In this document: one piece after another, positions 52,503 through 64,000 of the stretch
How the letters are laid out: every line of letters starts with the position of its first letter
Position numbering within the stretch: position 1 is the stretch's first letter
From: Macrostomum lignano
Lineage: Eukaryota
Length of the DNA: 64,000 nucleotides
Assembly (NCBI GenBank): GCA_002269645.1
Contig: NIVC01002065.1
Coordinates: forward strand, 124,001-188,000
Direction of reading: 5' to 3'
Program-made: the position numbers and the translations under genes
Notes under the pieces: generated by a model
Seen by the model: only the letters and a program-made list of their open reading frames with translations
Told to the model about the DNA's origin: nothing
Databases searched by the model: none

Positions 52503-53729
52503 ATGGATTTCAACGACGTAAAAATTACACTTCGAGCGGTGCTGCTGTCCACAAAGAGTCGTTCGATCCCGATTAACGAGCTGCCCTACGAATTCAAGGG
52601 GCTATCCGGCAAGTCGCTTGATTATAGGCAATTCGGCTACGCTTCGCTCAGCAAAATGCTGCTGGACATGCCGGACACTGTCCGACTGTCGGACGGCGGC
52701 CGGCTAGTTCACGGCCTTTCCAACGCCAACACGAGCCATATTGAGAGCCTAATCCGCAATCAACTACCCAGCGGCCGGGACAAGCGTGGCACCAGGGGTA
52801 GCAGCTTCCGGCGCCTCTCATCGGATGGCAGGCGGATATTTAGGCGACTTCCGGTGCCCAGTTTAATAGACGATCAAGCGGGTAGAAGGAGCCTCGATAG
52901 GAGTTCTGCTGGACAGAGCCAGACCAGCACTGGCCGCAGCGTTCGTCCTATTGGAATTTGTAAGTGTAACTGGTGTCCTGTTGCTTTGGATAGCTGACTA
53001 GCTCGTAGCTAGATAAATAGACTGATTGATCCTTTTTGTATAATAACCAAAGCGCAAGCATACTTTTTGTTCTTTTTAGATCCAAGTCTTGATCGTGCCC
53101 TGCAGAACGCTCAGAAAGATTGCAACGCTGCGGCGACTAAACAACAACAGCAGCGGTGGCTACAACAGCAGCAGAAGCAGCAGCAACAACAACAACAACA
53201 ACAGCAACAGCAGAAGCAACAACAACAGCGGCAACAGCAGCAGCAGCAGAAGCAACAACAACAGCAGCAGCAGCATAAGCAACAACAACAGCAGCAACAG
53301 CAGAAACAACAACAGCAGCAGCAGCTGCTGCAGCAACCAGAGAAGAAGCAGCAGGCAGTAGTACAATTACAAAGCCTAGGCGACCTGCCCGACAGCGTCG
53401 TCCGTTCTATACTTGCAGCCTACCTGCGCGCGCATGACCTGGGCGCGGAGCGCGAGGCCACCTGGCAGGCGGTGGCGGCCGCACTGGCCGGCTCCTGGCT
53501 CAGCCCTTGCCAGGTCTCGCCCGAACAGGTTATCCGGGCCGAGCGCCACTGGTCCGACCTGTTCACTCTACAGTTCCGCTGGCCCAGCGATATCTATCTG
53601 CCAACTGCGGCCGTACTGTCGCCTAGAAACAGCCTCGCTAATGTTAGTGACATCATCAGCGACCAGGAGGCCGACCTGCTGATCCTTGGACTGCTCAATT
53701 CGCAACCGGCCAGTCGCGTCTTGTTCTGA
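52503..53729 (+). CDS. LOTUS (OST-HTH) domain + polyQ protein; exons 52503-52959 and 53080-53729 (368 aa)
   Basis: N-terminus VKITLRAVLLSTK..IPINELPYEFKGLSGKSLDYRQFGYASLSKMLLDMPDTVRL...TSHIESLIRNQ fits the TDRD5/TDRD7-type LOTUS pattern including the C-terminal extension. Phase-1 intron (T|GTAAGT ... TTTTTAG|AT). ~65-codon Q-rich CAG/CAA tract at 53140-53335. Confidence 0.85.
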
Positions 53730-53867
53730 CAATTTTTACCTGGATATCAAACTAATTAACACCTTTCTGTCTGCCTTATGCCTCCCTCTGCCTTTCCCCC
53801 CTCTCTCTCTATCTGGCAATGCCTCCCCTCTGTCTCTATCTGGCAGATCTGGTATCTATCTATATCT

Positions 53868-56100
53868 AGTGTGTTCCTCAAACTTCAGCATCCAGTCTTT
53901 CGTGATGTTTAGACCCTCAATGATTTCGACCTTCTGGCCGATCAGAGTCGTGTCATCGGCAAATAGGGATGTTGAGAAGGCATGGCGGCTGGCCTTTGAG
54001 TTGTACTGATTAAATCTTTGTGATGGCAGTGAGTGTCCGAGCAGCCCGCTCCATAATATCCCACTGACCCTGTTCTTCAGTGCCGCGGCAGCTTGTCGAT
54101 GTTCTTCGGCTTTCCTCATGCACGCCTGATGTATGATGTTGAATGGAACTGGTGACGTTGGGCATCCTTCCCGTAAGCCGCGTTCCGGTCTCCATTCTTC
54201 GCTGGTTTGATTCTTCACTTTTACCTTTTAGTTCATAAAACTCATGTAGGTCCTGTAGCTTGTCTATCACTGGCGTGGGTATTTCGTACTTTACCAGTAG
54301 TGCCCAGCGGAGAGGTTTGCAGACACGGGGGTATGCTTTTTGAGGTTCAGTAAGCAAGCAATCCACTCGTCCACGTTGCAATAATCTCCATTTGCTCTTT
54401 TGGCTGCGAGGTATTCCGTGATGTCTTGTAGACGTACAAAAATCTGTCGGCCGTGGACCTGTCGCGGCGGAACCCATTTTGGTTGTCGTCAAGTATGCCG
54501 ATCGCTTCTGCCCAGTCCCGGGTGCGGCTGGCTAGAATGCGGACGAGGTTTCTGCTGCCTGCTTTGCGGTTTTGTTTGTGTAGTGCCTCCGTTAATTCGG
54601 CTTTCAGTTGTCGTAGTCCATCCACAGGTTTGTTTGTTTTCCTCGTGCGCCGCAAATCACTGTTTCAAATCACGCAAATCACTAATGTTAGTCCCCTTTA
54701 GGAGTTCAAGCCCTTTCTATATTTCTTCACGTACTTTTAACGCTGTTCCAACGCTGTGCATGACTTACCAATCGATGCGACTCATTTCTTGGACTCCATT
54801 TCACGTGATTCTTGTGTCGATGGCTGTTAATGTCATGAATGATGATGAGCTTTGGGGTATGGTCCGATAGGAGGTTTTGATTTTGAGCTTTCATGCTCTT
54901 GACAAGCCTGTGGCGGTCGTCGGCGCGCGTGGCGAACCCGCCTAGTTCGTACCAGCGACAACGGCTCGGGTTTCGCCAGGTGCCCCTTTGCTTTTGTGCG
55001 AAGAACGAGTTCACCCCAGCTAGGTCATTGGCGCTTGAGCCATGCGAGCAGTCCATTCGTGTGGTTTAGTCCGAATTTGCCTTTATTGCGGTTGATAGGC
55101 TTATGGTCGGATCCTATTTGTTAAAGTTAGTCGTTAACGTCGCCTCCAATTATTACTGGCCTGCCCTTGTGGTCTTCGTGGATAAATTTTTCAATTTCGT
55201 TACGAGCCATGGCGAGTTCTTGCTCATAGGTCGGGCTTCCTTTGACCGGGCAGTCTACGCAAATAAAGGCGAGGTCACAGATTTGGATGCATAATTTGCG
55301 GTCACTTCTCTTAACGGTACCGCCGCTATCACGCCAGGTCTGAAAAAGTTCGTTGTCGAGTGCGATTGCAGCTTTTTTTGCTGTGGATCAAGTGCATGTT
55401 TTTTGTGCTTGATGCTAGCTTTGGATTCCGGGGCCGTCAGTGTTTTTTAGTTCGGTAATTAACACTTTTTCGCAATTGTTGGTCATTATTTGGCGCGCAA
55501 TTTGTCCGAAACGTCTTCCATTGAGGTTTGCTCGCTGGACGTTCCAAGTTGTTATCCGAAATTCACGGTGTTGTAGGTGTCGTATTTTTCTGCTCTACGT
55601 CTCTGGCGACGGGATCTATAGCGTTGCAGGCGCTTTTCTTTTGCTTCTTTTCTTTTGTTTTTTTGTGACATTTTTGTTGTTTTTCGTCTCCAGGATTGTC
55701 TTCGTTTATACGGTCTCTCGGCGACAATTCAAGTCCTGGGTTTTTTCGACGGTTTTTAACTGCATTCTCACTGCGGTGGTGCTATGCCGGTGGTCCAGTT
55801 TCTCATGCTGTGCTGTGGTGTTGTCGTTTCCTTCCTTCTTACTACAGGTGTGATTTGCCTTGTATTTAGCGACGCGCGGGTCAGTAACTTCCGTTCGTCG
55901 TTTAGAAGCAGCACGTCGTTTAGAAAAAGGGCTGGTGAGGTAGTACGGGGTTGTCCTCGTGGCTGCATACGGCCAGCCCGATTTGTCCTCTGACATAAAG
56001 GCCTCTTCGTCATCAGATGTCATTATGTCAAAACTCGATTGACTGGCTGTTTCTTCCCTTAAACTTGGTCGTTTTTTACTTTTAAGCGATTATAATACGG
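53868..56100 (-). mobile_element. Decayed, internally deleted RTE-like non-LTR retrotransposon
   Basis: Minus-strand remnants: ORF1-like start (ATG 56023), endonuclease (VIIGGDVND, GTWRNP...WYEL, LLSDH), RT (LDDNQNGFRRDRSTAD, QKAYPRV, GLREGCPTSPVPFN, LFADD). Truncated after KFEEH. Confidence 0.85.
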
Positions 56101-56289
56101 CTACTTAAAATGAGTTTTATTTAGCTTTTTTTGACAAACATAATTTTGTATGCATGTACGAGCCCGTATAATAGATTGACCAAGTAAAACATCTTTGTGT
56201 GAATTTTTGTTACTTTCTTGCTTTGCAATTATTACCAGCTGTGCAGACTCGCCTTCGGCTAAATTATGTCATAGTTTGTCTACGACCTA

Positions 56290-56570
56290 AACTGCAGCAG
56301 TACATGGTTGTCTATGACCTTAACTGCAGCAGTACATGGTTGTCTGACTTAAACTGCAGCAGTACATGGTTGTCTATGACCTTAACTGCAGCAGTACATG
56401 GTTGTCTGACTTAAACTGCAGCAGTACATGGTTGTCTATGACCTAAACTGCAGCAGTACATGGTTGTCTATGGCTTAAACAGCAGCAGTACATGGATGTC
56501 TATGGCTTAAACAGTAGCAGCAAATGGATGTCTATGGCTTTAACAGCAGCAGTAAATGGATATCTATGGC
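56290..56570 (+). repeat. ~31-33-bp minisatellite
   Basis: Unit (T/A)AACTGCAGCAGTACATGGTTGTCT(ATG)ACC/T, decaying toward the 3' side. Confidence 0.9.
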
Positions 56571-57159
56571 CTAGACAGTAGCTATGAATAACGAAAAACA
56601 TGAGAATTACCCAAACTTGTACTTCTGCATTTTAGGTCGTAGACAACCTTGCACTGCTGCAGTTTAGAACATAGACAAACATGGATGCTGCAGTTAAAAT
56701 TTGTGCTATTTTTTGGAGAACTGAGCTATTGACTCGTTGCCTTCTGTTTTGATTTTGTTATCTCTATTATATCATGTAAAAGTCTTGAATAACCACTTTT
56801 AAGACTGGTGTGTCCATTTTAAAGCGAAACTTTGTATCGCTTGCTTTAATTTGGTATGAATTTTAGTAATATTTTAGTAGCAGTACATTTTCGTTGCTTA
56901 TAATTTTATAGTGGGAAATCGTGCTTTATCTAGAAGTACCGTCTGTCATTCGCTGTTTCTGTCTATGCACTCTGTGTTTAGTTCATCTGATTCTGATTGA
57001 TAAATAAAGTCACTGTTTCAGCACCAAACGAGCATCTTCTTGTGGCGAATCTATTTTTGTTACTAACTAATTATAAACTGCTTCCGTTATCTCAGTTTTA
57101 CCTGAATATGCGACACTTAAACTTAGTAGTAGCTAAGTATGAGCATAATTCACCGCTTA

Positions 57160-57380
57160 TACCTGTGCCCCATGACCCCATGACCATGAGTAGTTCACCG
57201 CTACCACCTGTGCCCCATGACCCCATGAGTAGTTCCCCGCTACCACCTGTGCCCCATGACCCCATGAGTAATTCACCGCTACCACCTGTGCCCCATGACC
57301 CCATGAGTAATTCACCGCTACCACCTGTGCCCCATGACCCCATGAGTAGTTCACCGCTACCACCTGCGACCCATGAGTAG
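57160..57380 (+). repeat. 39-bp minisatellite (~5 copies)
   Basis: Unit CCTGTGCCCCATGACCCCATGAGTA(G/A)TTCACCGCTACCA. Confidence 0.9.
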
Positions 57381-58229
57381 TTCACTTTTAAGTTTACCTA
57401 GATAGAGATAGTTTATCTAGCTTACGTAGACAGTACAAGCATTGGTTCAATTTGCATGCAATAACAGTACACACAGTGAATGATGTCACAGGTAAATTGC
57501 ATTTAGTAGTGCAGTTTTATTTTTGAAACTAACTCTTGGTGCAGTTTAATTAGCTCGTATTTTATACAGACAAGGCATTAGAGGCAGCATGATTTATATG
57601 CCATTGGCATGAGCGGAAGGGGTCGATTTGAAGTGACAAATGTACTTTCGAGTCTGGAGTATGAGCAATTATAAAGCTTTGAGCAAAAAGTAAATAAAAA
57701 TCAGTTTTAAATGGTCAAGCTATAACAAAAAATGCTAAAAAATGTTGTGCGACTGTATGAATACAACTATTTCAGAGTTAGTTGCTTGCTTAGATTTTAA
57801 ACGTACTTTAAAAAGTAAAAAAAACAATCGATGTCCGCGACTTCATTATTTCCCCAGCAGCACGCGAAAAAGACAAATGCGCGTATAAAATAAAGTTAAA
57901 TAACATAATGCTTAGTAACTATGTTCGTATTACTAGAGCGAATGACAGAAATCAGAAATAAGCTACTTGTAAAATATATCAAGTATGGATGAATTAATAT
58001 TTGCAATGTATTCATAGTATTGCTGCACGGCGTTGATGCATGGACAGACAAACAATGTAACCAGAGCCAGGCCCATCCATACACTCGTGCTATAACGTTG
58101 CTGCACTCCCAGCCGTGCTTTATAGTGCCTCATTGAAACCGAAATATTTGTAACGTGCCACTTGTCACTTGTAGATTCTTAATGTAATGGGCCAATTTAG
58201 TACATTTACGCATGTATAGTATGCGCATA

Positions 58230-58863
58230 CACTCGGCAACATTTAAAACGCAACACACTACGAGCGTGGTTCAAGAAATGCGCGTAACCTCCTCTTGCAA
58301 GTAGAGAGCGTTGAGTACGGATTCGACTTCAAGAGACGAAAGTCCGTTCCGTCTTTTTCGCAGTGATGGTCGACTCAGCTGGTATTCTTAGCTCATAGAC
58401 GCAACGCAAACGTGAACAGAGAAGAGTACACGCTCGTTTGTTGCAGACGTATCTGCTCTCTTATGTCAACAACCACTTCGGTTGCGTATAGCAAACTGCA
58501 TATTGCAGGATGATAATGGCACCGGCGAACCGAGCAGCAGCAGCAGTCAGTGAGCTCAAGGATCAGCTGCGTATGCTCGGTGGCCTTCAAGATCCTCTGA
58601 TATGAACCAAATTGAACATGTCTGGGACTTTATCAAGCGGGTGTTCAACGGCAGAATTCGTTGCAGACAGTAGCTTGCTGAACTTAAAAAAACGCTAACG
58701 CTAAGCGGGAATGCAACGTCTAGTCAACGCCATGTTCTTGCGAGAGCTATAAGGCTATACACGCGTTTCTGAAGCTCGATTTGAACCATAGACTATGCGC
58801 TTTGGCTCTTCTGGGTTGATTTTTCTTCTATAGTTAGTGTTGCGTTTTAAATGTGGTCCAGTA
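58230..58863 (+). mobile_element. Internally deleted Tc1-family transposon with a catalytic-domain remnant
   Basis: TA|CACTCGGCAACATTTAAAACGCAACAC ... GTGTTGCGTTTTAAATGTGGTCCAGTA|TA. Internal LQDDNG and WPSRSSDMNQIEHVWDFIKR (cf. Tc1 QQDNA, WPARSPDLNPIEHVW). Confidence 0.85.
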
Positions 58864-60229
58864 TATAGCTGGAACATGGTACTTTGGTATGTTATACCCA
58901 CAGAATTTCTACACAGAATGCTGAACCAGCTGCTGTCTACGAGCTCATATTATGTAGAAAATAGAGCACGCTTGCTCGAGGGCGCTAAGTAAATAGTGCC
59001 CGGAAAATAGCGTGCTCTATCTCATATAGAGCATGTGTATATACCCCATAGACAAATGGTTGAAAAATAAAGCCCGCAACTTGACTAACTGCTTGGAATA
59101 GCGGGCAATATAAGGCTCACACCATGCTCTATTGAGAATTAAACACTATTTTTGCGCTGAATGGTTTCCAGAAGTAGTAGTATTTTTCATTGCCACCCAG
59201 AGAATATTGAGCATACATAGAATGCCAACATACGTATAGCTTTAAAAAGTAAAGCCGATTTTCGCGTTCCGCCGGGTCGCTTTAGACCATAGACTAAAAA
59301 TATATTTTAAAAAATTAGGTGCTAAGAGCTAGAAGTATATATGCAATTAATTATTTAAAGTTCTCATTTCTACATGTATCCCCCTTTTGCCCCGGGCGAG
59401 TGTCTATGTGACGCATGTTTTCATTTATTTCCCTAGGTGAATAAATAATTTATTTCCCGCTGCCCCGCGGGCTGATAAATTCGAGACAACAACCATAGAC
59501 AAACAGCTAGCAGCCAACATACCGAACGGGGGATACATATCATATTCCCCACTCATTTAGCTGTCTAGGGCCAAAAGCAGCCTTTTCCAGCCCTGGAGTC
59601 CTGATACATGAGCAGCTACTACAAATTTTTAAATAGATTTTACGCCTTAGGATCTGGATCTTACAGGCCTACATTTTTAATCAGTGATGTGCAAATTTCC
59701 AAACCTCACCACAAGAAACCCGCCTACAGGAAAATCTAGGCCCGTAGTTTATTGGCTAATAACTAATGCTTTAGCAACGCATTTTTCTGCAGTCTGTGTA
59801 TATTCTGTGGGTGTACCCAAAATCTAATTAAATTTTCTTGTGAATAAAACTGCAACGCACGCCAAACATACAAAATCTTTTTTCAAAGTTCCGGCACAAT
59901 TCCGTTTTATGCTTTGGATGCCGCAGCACGGGTCGGAGCTCGGAAGCGCTGTGCGCGAACAGGCAAATGGAATTATACCTGCAGAATCCCAGCTCCTGGA
60001 ATTGTTCCCAGTTTAAGGAAAACCAAGTGAAGATTACTTCATGAGAATATATCCACTCTACCTAAGTGGATACAAAAGTATACAAGAGTACGCTCATATA
60101 TGTACATAATATATGTATCAGTGAACTTAGGCCACAGTAGCATCCAGGATTCGAATTGGAAAGCAATCCTGGGCACTAATACATGTATTGGGTGTCTCTT
60201 GGAAGGTGCCAATGTACAATTACTGCCAC

Positions 60230-61078
60230 TTGGTGGGCGCCCCTGTCTCTTAGTGGGCGCCTGTCTCTTGATGAGCGCCCCCTCTCTTGGTGGCGCCCCC
60301 TGTCTCTTGATGAGCGAGCGCTCCCTCTCTTAGTGGGCGGGCGCCCGTGTCTCTTGGTGGGCGCCCCCTGTCTCTTGGTGGGCGCCCCCTGTCTCTTGAT
60401 GAGCGCTCCCTCTCTAAGTGGGTGGGCGCCCGTGTCTCTTGTTGGGCGCCCTTGTCTCTTGGTGGGCGCCCCCTGTCTCTTGATGAGCGCCCCCTCTCTT
60501 GGTGGGCGCCCTATCTCTTAATGGGTTCCACTGTCTCTTGGTGGGCGCCCCCTGTCTCTTGATGAGCGCCCCCTCTCTTGGTGGGCGCCCCCTGTCTCTT
60601 AATGGGTTCCACTGTCTCTTGGTGGGCGCCCCCTGTCTCTTGATGAGCGCCCCCTCTCTTGGTGGGCGCCCTATCTCTTAATGGGTTCCACTGTCTCTTG
60701 GTGGGCGCCCCCTGTCTCTTGGTGGGCGCCCCCTGTCTCTTGGTGGGCGCCCCCTGTCTCTTGGTGGGCGCCCCCTGTCTCTTGGTGGGCGCCCCCTGTC
60801 TCTTGATGAGCACTCCCTCTCTAAGTGGGTGGGCGCCCGTGTCTCTTGTTGGGCGCCCTTGTCTCTTGGTGGGCGCCCCCTGTCTCTTGATGAGCGCCCC
60901 CTCTCTTGGTGGGCGCCCCCTGTCTCTTAATGGGTTCCACTGTCTCTTGGTGGGCGCCCCCTGTCTCTTGATGAGCGCCCCCTCTCTTGGTGGGCGCCCC
61001 CTGTCTCTTAATGGGTTCCACTGTCTTTTGGTGGGCGCCCCTATCTCTTAGTGGTTTCCACTGTCTCTTGGTGGGTTC
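60230..61078 (+). repeat. ~21-bp GC-rich minisatellite with higher-order variant blocks
   Basis: Unit TGTCTCTTGGTGGGCGCCCCC interleaved with TTGATGAGCG and TTAATGGGTTCCAC variants. Confidence 0.95.
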
Positions 61079-61944
61079 CAATTAATTTTAATAGTACTTG
61101 AATCACCTTGGCTTTATTAGCTTACCTTCATGTTACGACACCATTCCGTTTTATATTTGGCTGCAGTAAATTCCGGCGACTTCTGCTTCTGAATCTGTAA
61201 TTACATGTAATTTAACACTGCAGTATATTTCTAAGGACAGTGTAGCGCAGAATCATAAGATGTACTTACACATTCTTTGGTTGACATTATAGTATACCGG
61301 TATATCAATTGGCTTATACTTTCTAATATACTCCAGCAAAACTCAAATGAATTTTTCTTTCGCTTAGCTATGTTGAACTGAGGCTCCGCTTTTATTGTAG
61401 AGAAACGGTTGAGGTAGTTTGGGCTAGCGGTATGTACTCTGAAGACTGTACAGTCGAAAGCCCCCGCCGAACTGTGGCTGTGCCTAAGTTTGTGTGACCT
61501 TCTGGCTCGACCAATCAAACTGATCTGGGGCCTACGAGCTAGCTTTAAAATGGGGTTGGGGACTTGGGGTTGGAACTGGGGGGGGGGGATATGGCTTCCG
61601 TGAGAGATCGCGCCACCCCGCACGCCTAGCCACCCACCCAAGCCCACCCCAAGATCAAATTAAACGACTCTTTGTGTGAATTAAGGAGGCACAGAGTAAT
61701 AAAACCAACGCGCTCGCTCTGATTGTGGAAAGTGGAACTAAACTGAATGATTATCTAGACTCTAGAGATCTTATCTATGACTTGAGCCATCGGATCCTTT
61801 TTTGCACTAATGAGAATTATATGAAGATAAAAAGTTTAATTAATATTAACGTGTGGTGAAGTACTAACATTCAGCAATTGTTTAAAATTAAAATTGACTT
61901 TTTCTTCTAAACGGAGGCCAATGCGAAAGTTTACTTAAATTACG

Positions 61945-62105
61945 GAATACAAAATCCCGAGTTTGGCCAATGCCGGGATTCTCGAGATCGGGATATCCCG
62001 GACTTCAAAAATCCCGGGATTGTCGGGATCGGGATATATCCCGGACTTTGCCAATCCCGAGATTCCGACAACTTGGGCCGGGATCCCGGGATCCCGTGAT
62101 TAAAA
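61945..62105. repeat. AATCCCGGGATT-type palindromic repeat cluster (MITE-like)
   Basis: Multiple ATCCCG/CGGGAT palindromic words. Related clusters lie at 63030-63240 and 63645-63680. Confidence 0.7.
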
Positions 62106-63029
62106 AAGTTTCTAATCTTTGTTGGTGCAATTTGGGTTTACGAGGCCATCTAACCTGATTTTAAAGGGCTTTCAACAAAAAAGTATGAGAACAAAATATT
62201 TTGCAAACAGAAACTGACAGTGTGCCCTGAATTGGAGTGTGATGTACGGTCCAGCACGTCTAATGGTATTGGTATTAGACGTGCTTTTTTACATGCCAGT
62301 ATCAGCTCAGGAAAATCACACTTGATTGTGATGTAACCTGGGGAATGATAGCTTATAGAACTATGGCCCGAGGACCGAGGTACTGGGATAACAGGCTAGG
62401 GGATCAGACATCACCCCTCCAGGGGCACCCGCCCTAGATGGAGAACTGGTAGCTTGGGTTGTGGTCCGATAGCAAGGTCCCAAGCTGTTCTAATACCAAC
62501 TACGGCCAAGGAGTTTTGAAGGTAGGGACTGCTTAAAGTACATGTAGTTCTGCCACCAACCCGATGCTGGGCATCGAAAGGGTGTCCGATAGTGCTAAGA
62601 ATGAGATCTTTCGCATAAGGGGGGCTTCTGATCTGCGCAAGGTCGAGACCCCCTGATTTTAGCTGGGTTTGAAATAGAGGGAATTAATTCAAATGAACAA
62701 TGATTTGACTCCCGTCTTGCAAGCTATAGCGCTGTGATCGGCAACAATGAGTAATTGGCTTCTATTGCTCTAGACTCTGTGCACAGGTTTTAGAATAATA
62801 ACTACATTAGTCTGCGAGTACCATATGCATACAGTTGCACGTACATTGTTACACCTGAAATCTCCTACGATCTGCCAACAGCTTCAGTTTTGTATCCCTG
62901 CTGCCCTAGCCTCTCACTAGCCTGCATGTTTCAAAGATTAATAAATCAAAGCAGGACAACTGGGTTATGATTTTCACCTGACATGTACCTCAGCTGCAGA
63001 TGCTACTACTCCAGAATGAATGATTGAAT

Positions 63030-63240
63030 TATTGCAAACCGGGATCAGGATCCAGATGGTCAATCCCGGGATTTTCGAATCCCGGACAAGTGTGATCCCG
63101 GGATTTAGAATCCCGGGATTCAGGCATGATCGAAATCCCGGGATTTCCCGAATGCCGGGACTTTCGTGATCGGGATATCCCAGACTTTGCCAATCCCCGA
63201 TCCTGACGAATAGGGCCGGGATCTGGGTTTTTGGGCTATA
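63030..63240. repeat. AATCCCGGGATT-type palindromic repeat cluster (second copy)
   Basis: CGGGATATCCC..ACTTTGCCAATCCC is shared with the 61945-62105 cluster. Confidence 0.7.
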
Positions 63241-64000
63241 CGGGTTTTTTTGGCCCCTTGAAAATCTCATTGGCAACATGATTTTTGGCATCAGAGACCA
63301 ATCTGGCAACTTCATTTTCCCCGTGCCAGTTGCCAATTTCAAAAACGATTTTGTAAGTGCAATAAAAGTGCCATATGAATATGAATTGATATGATGGAAT
63401 TATTAGTTTGTTATTCTTTGCAGCATAGATAGCAATCTTAGAGTTGAGAGAACAAACAAATTTCTGCTTTTCAAACATTATCCATCCTCGAGAATTTGGC
63501 TAGTTGCCAATGGGCAACCGAAAATAGCCATTGGCAACTGGATTTTGAGCCCCAAGGGCTCAAATCCCAAATTGGAAAGCAATCCTGGGCACTAATACAT
63601 GTATTGGGTGTCTCTTGGAAGGTGCCAATGTACAAGAGCCCCAAATTTCCAACCCAGGCCGGGATCCCGGATTGAAAAAGGTTCTAATCATTAATTCTTG
63701 GTGCAATTATGGGTTGCAAAGTCACCTGATCTACTCGTAATTATAAAGGGCTCTCAATAATAAAAGTAGAACAGACTAGGATATTTTGCCAACAAGAAAC
63801 TGACAGTGAACTCTAAATTGAAGTACGATATACGGGCTGGCGTAATGAAAGTGCTTTTGTACAAGCCAGTATACAGCTCATAAAAATTGTAACATCACAC
63901 TTGATTGTGATGTAACCTGGAGGAATGATAGCCAGAGCTATGGCCCGAGGTACTGACTGATACCCGGGTAGAAGGGAATCAGACCTCGTCCTCCCAAGGA

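Noticed and set aside
56600-60100. Search for downstream Tudor exons of the LOTUS gene
   Set aside because: No acceptor-bounded open frame with Tudor-like sequence was seen by eye. Not formally excluded.
60183-61081. Several 60-130 aa ORFs
   Set aside because: They are minisatellite translations.
62470-62495. GGTCCCAAGC resembling the twister ribozyme loop 4
   Set aside because: The flanking P4 stem does not pair. The sequence is better explained by the AGCTTGGG/CCCAAGCT stem.

Overview
Repeat-rich animal genomic DNA with GC-rich exons and canonical GT-AG introns filled with locus-specific minisatellites. The style suggests a free-living flatworm such as Macrostomum; this is an inference and was not verified. 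Genes reconstructed by hand, with splice phases checked: a 5-exon ZDHHC3/7-type palmitoyltransferase (5379-8977 +), a 3-exon VPS36 (36960-39473 +), and a highly divergent 5-exon NF-kB/Rel-type Rel-homology-domain gene (42356-51078 +). The first intron of the Rel-type gene holds an antisense nested gene for a secreted PAN + ALK/LTK-type glycine-rich protein (47778-45823 -). There is also a 2-exon LOTUS/OST-HTH + polyQ gene with no Tudor domain in the model (52503-53729 +), and an unidentified MGNEQS-starting low-complexity gene (25016-23226 -) with two orphan exons further along the same strand. Mobile DNA: a 5'-truncated LOA-like non-LTR element with an open EN(part)-RT-RNase H frame, two decayed RTE-like elements, mariner/Tc1 derivatives and MITEs, a tRNA-derived SINE and a 2.2-kb solo-LTR-like element. 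Several AT-rich blocks are almost free of CpG. Best leads: the cryptic Rel/NF-kB-like gene (its start codon may be supplied by a trans-spliced leader), its nested secreted gene, the Tudor-less LOTUS-polyQ protein, and evidence of C-to-T hypermutation of old repeats in contexts beyond CpG.
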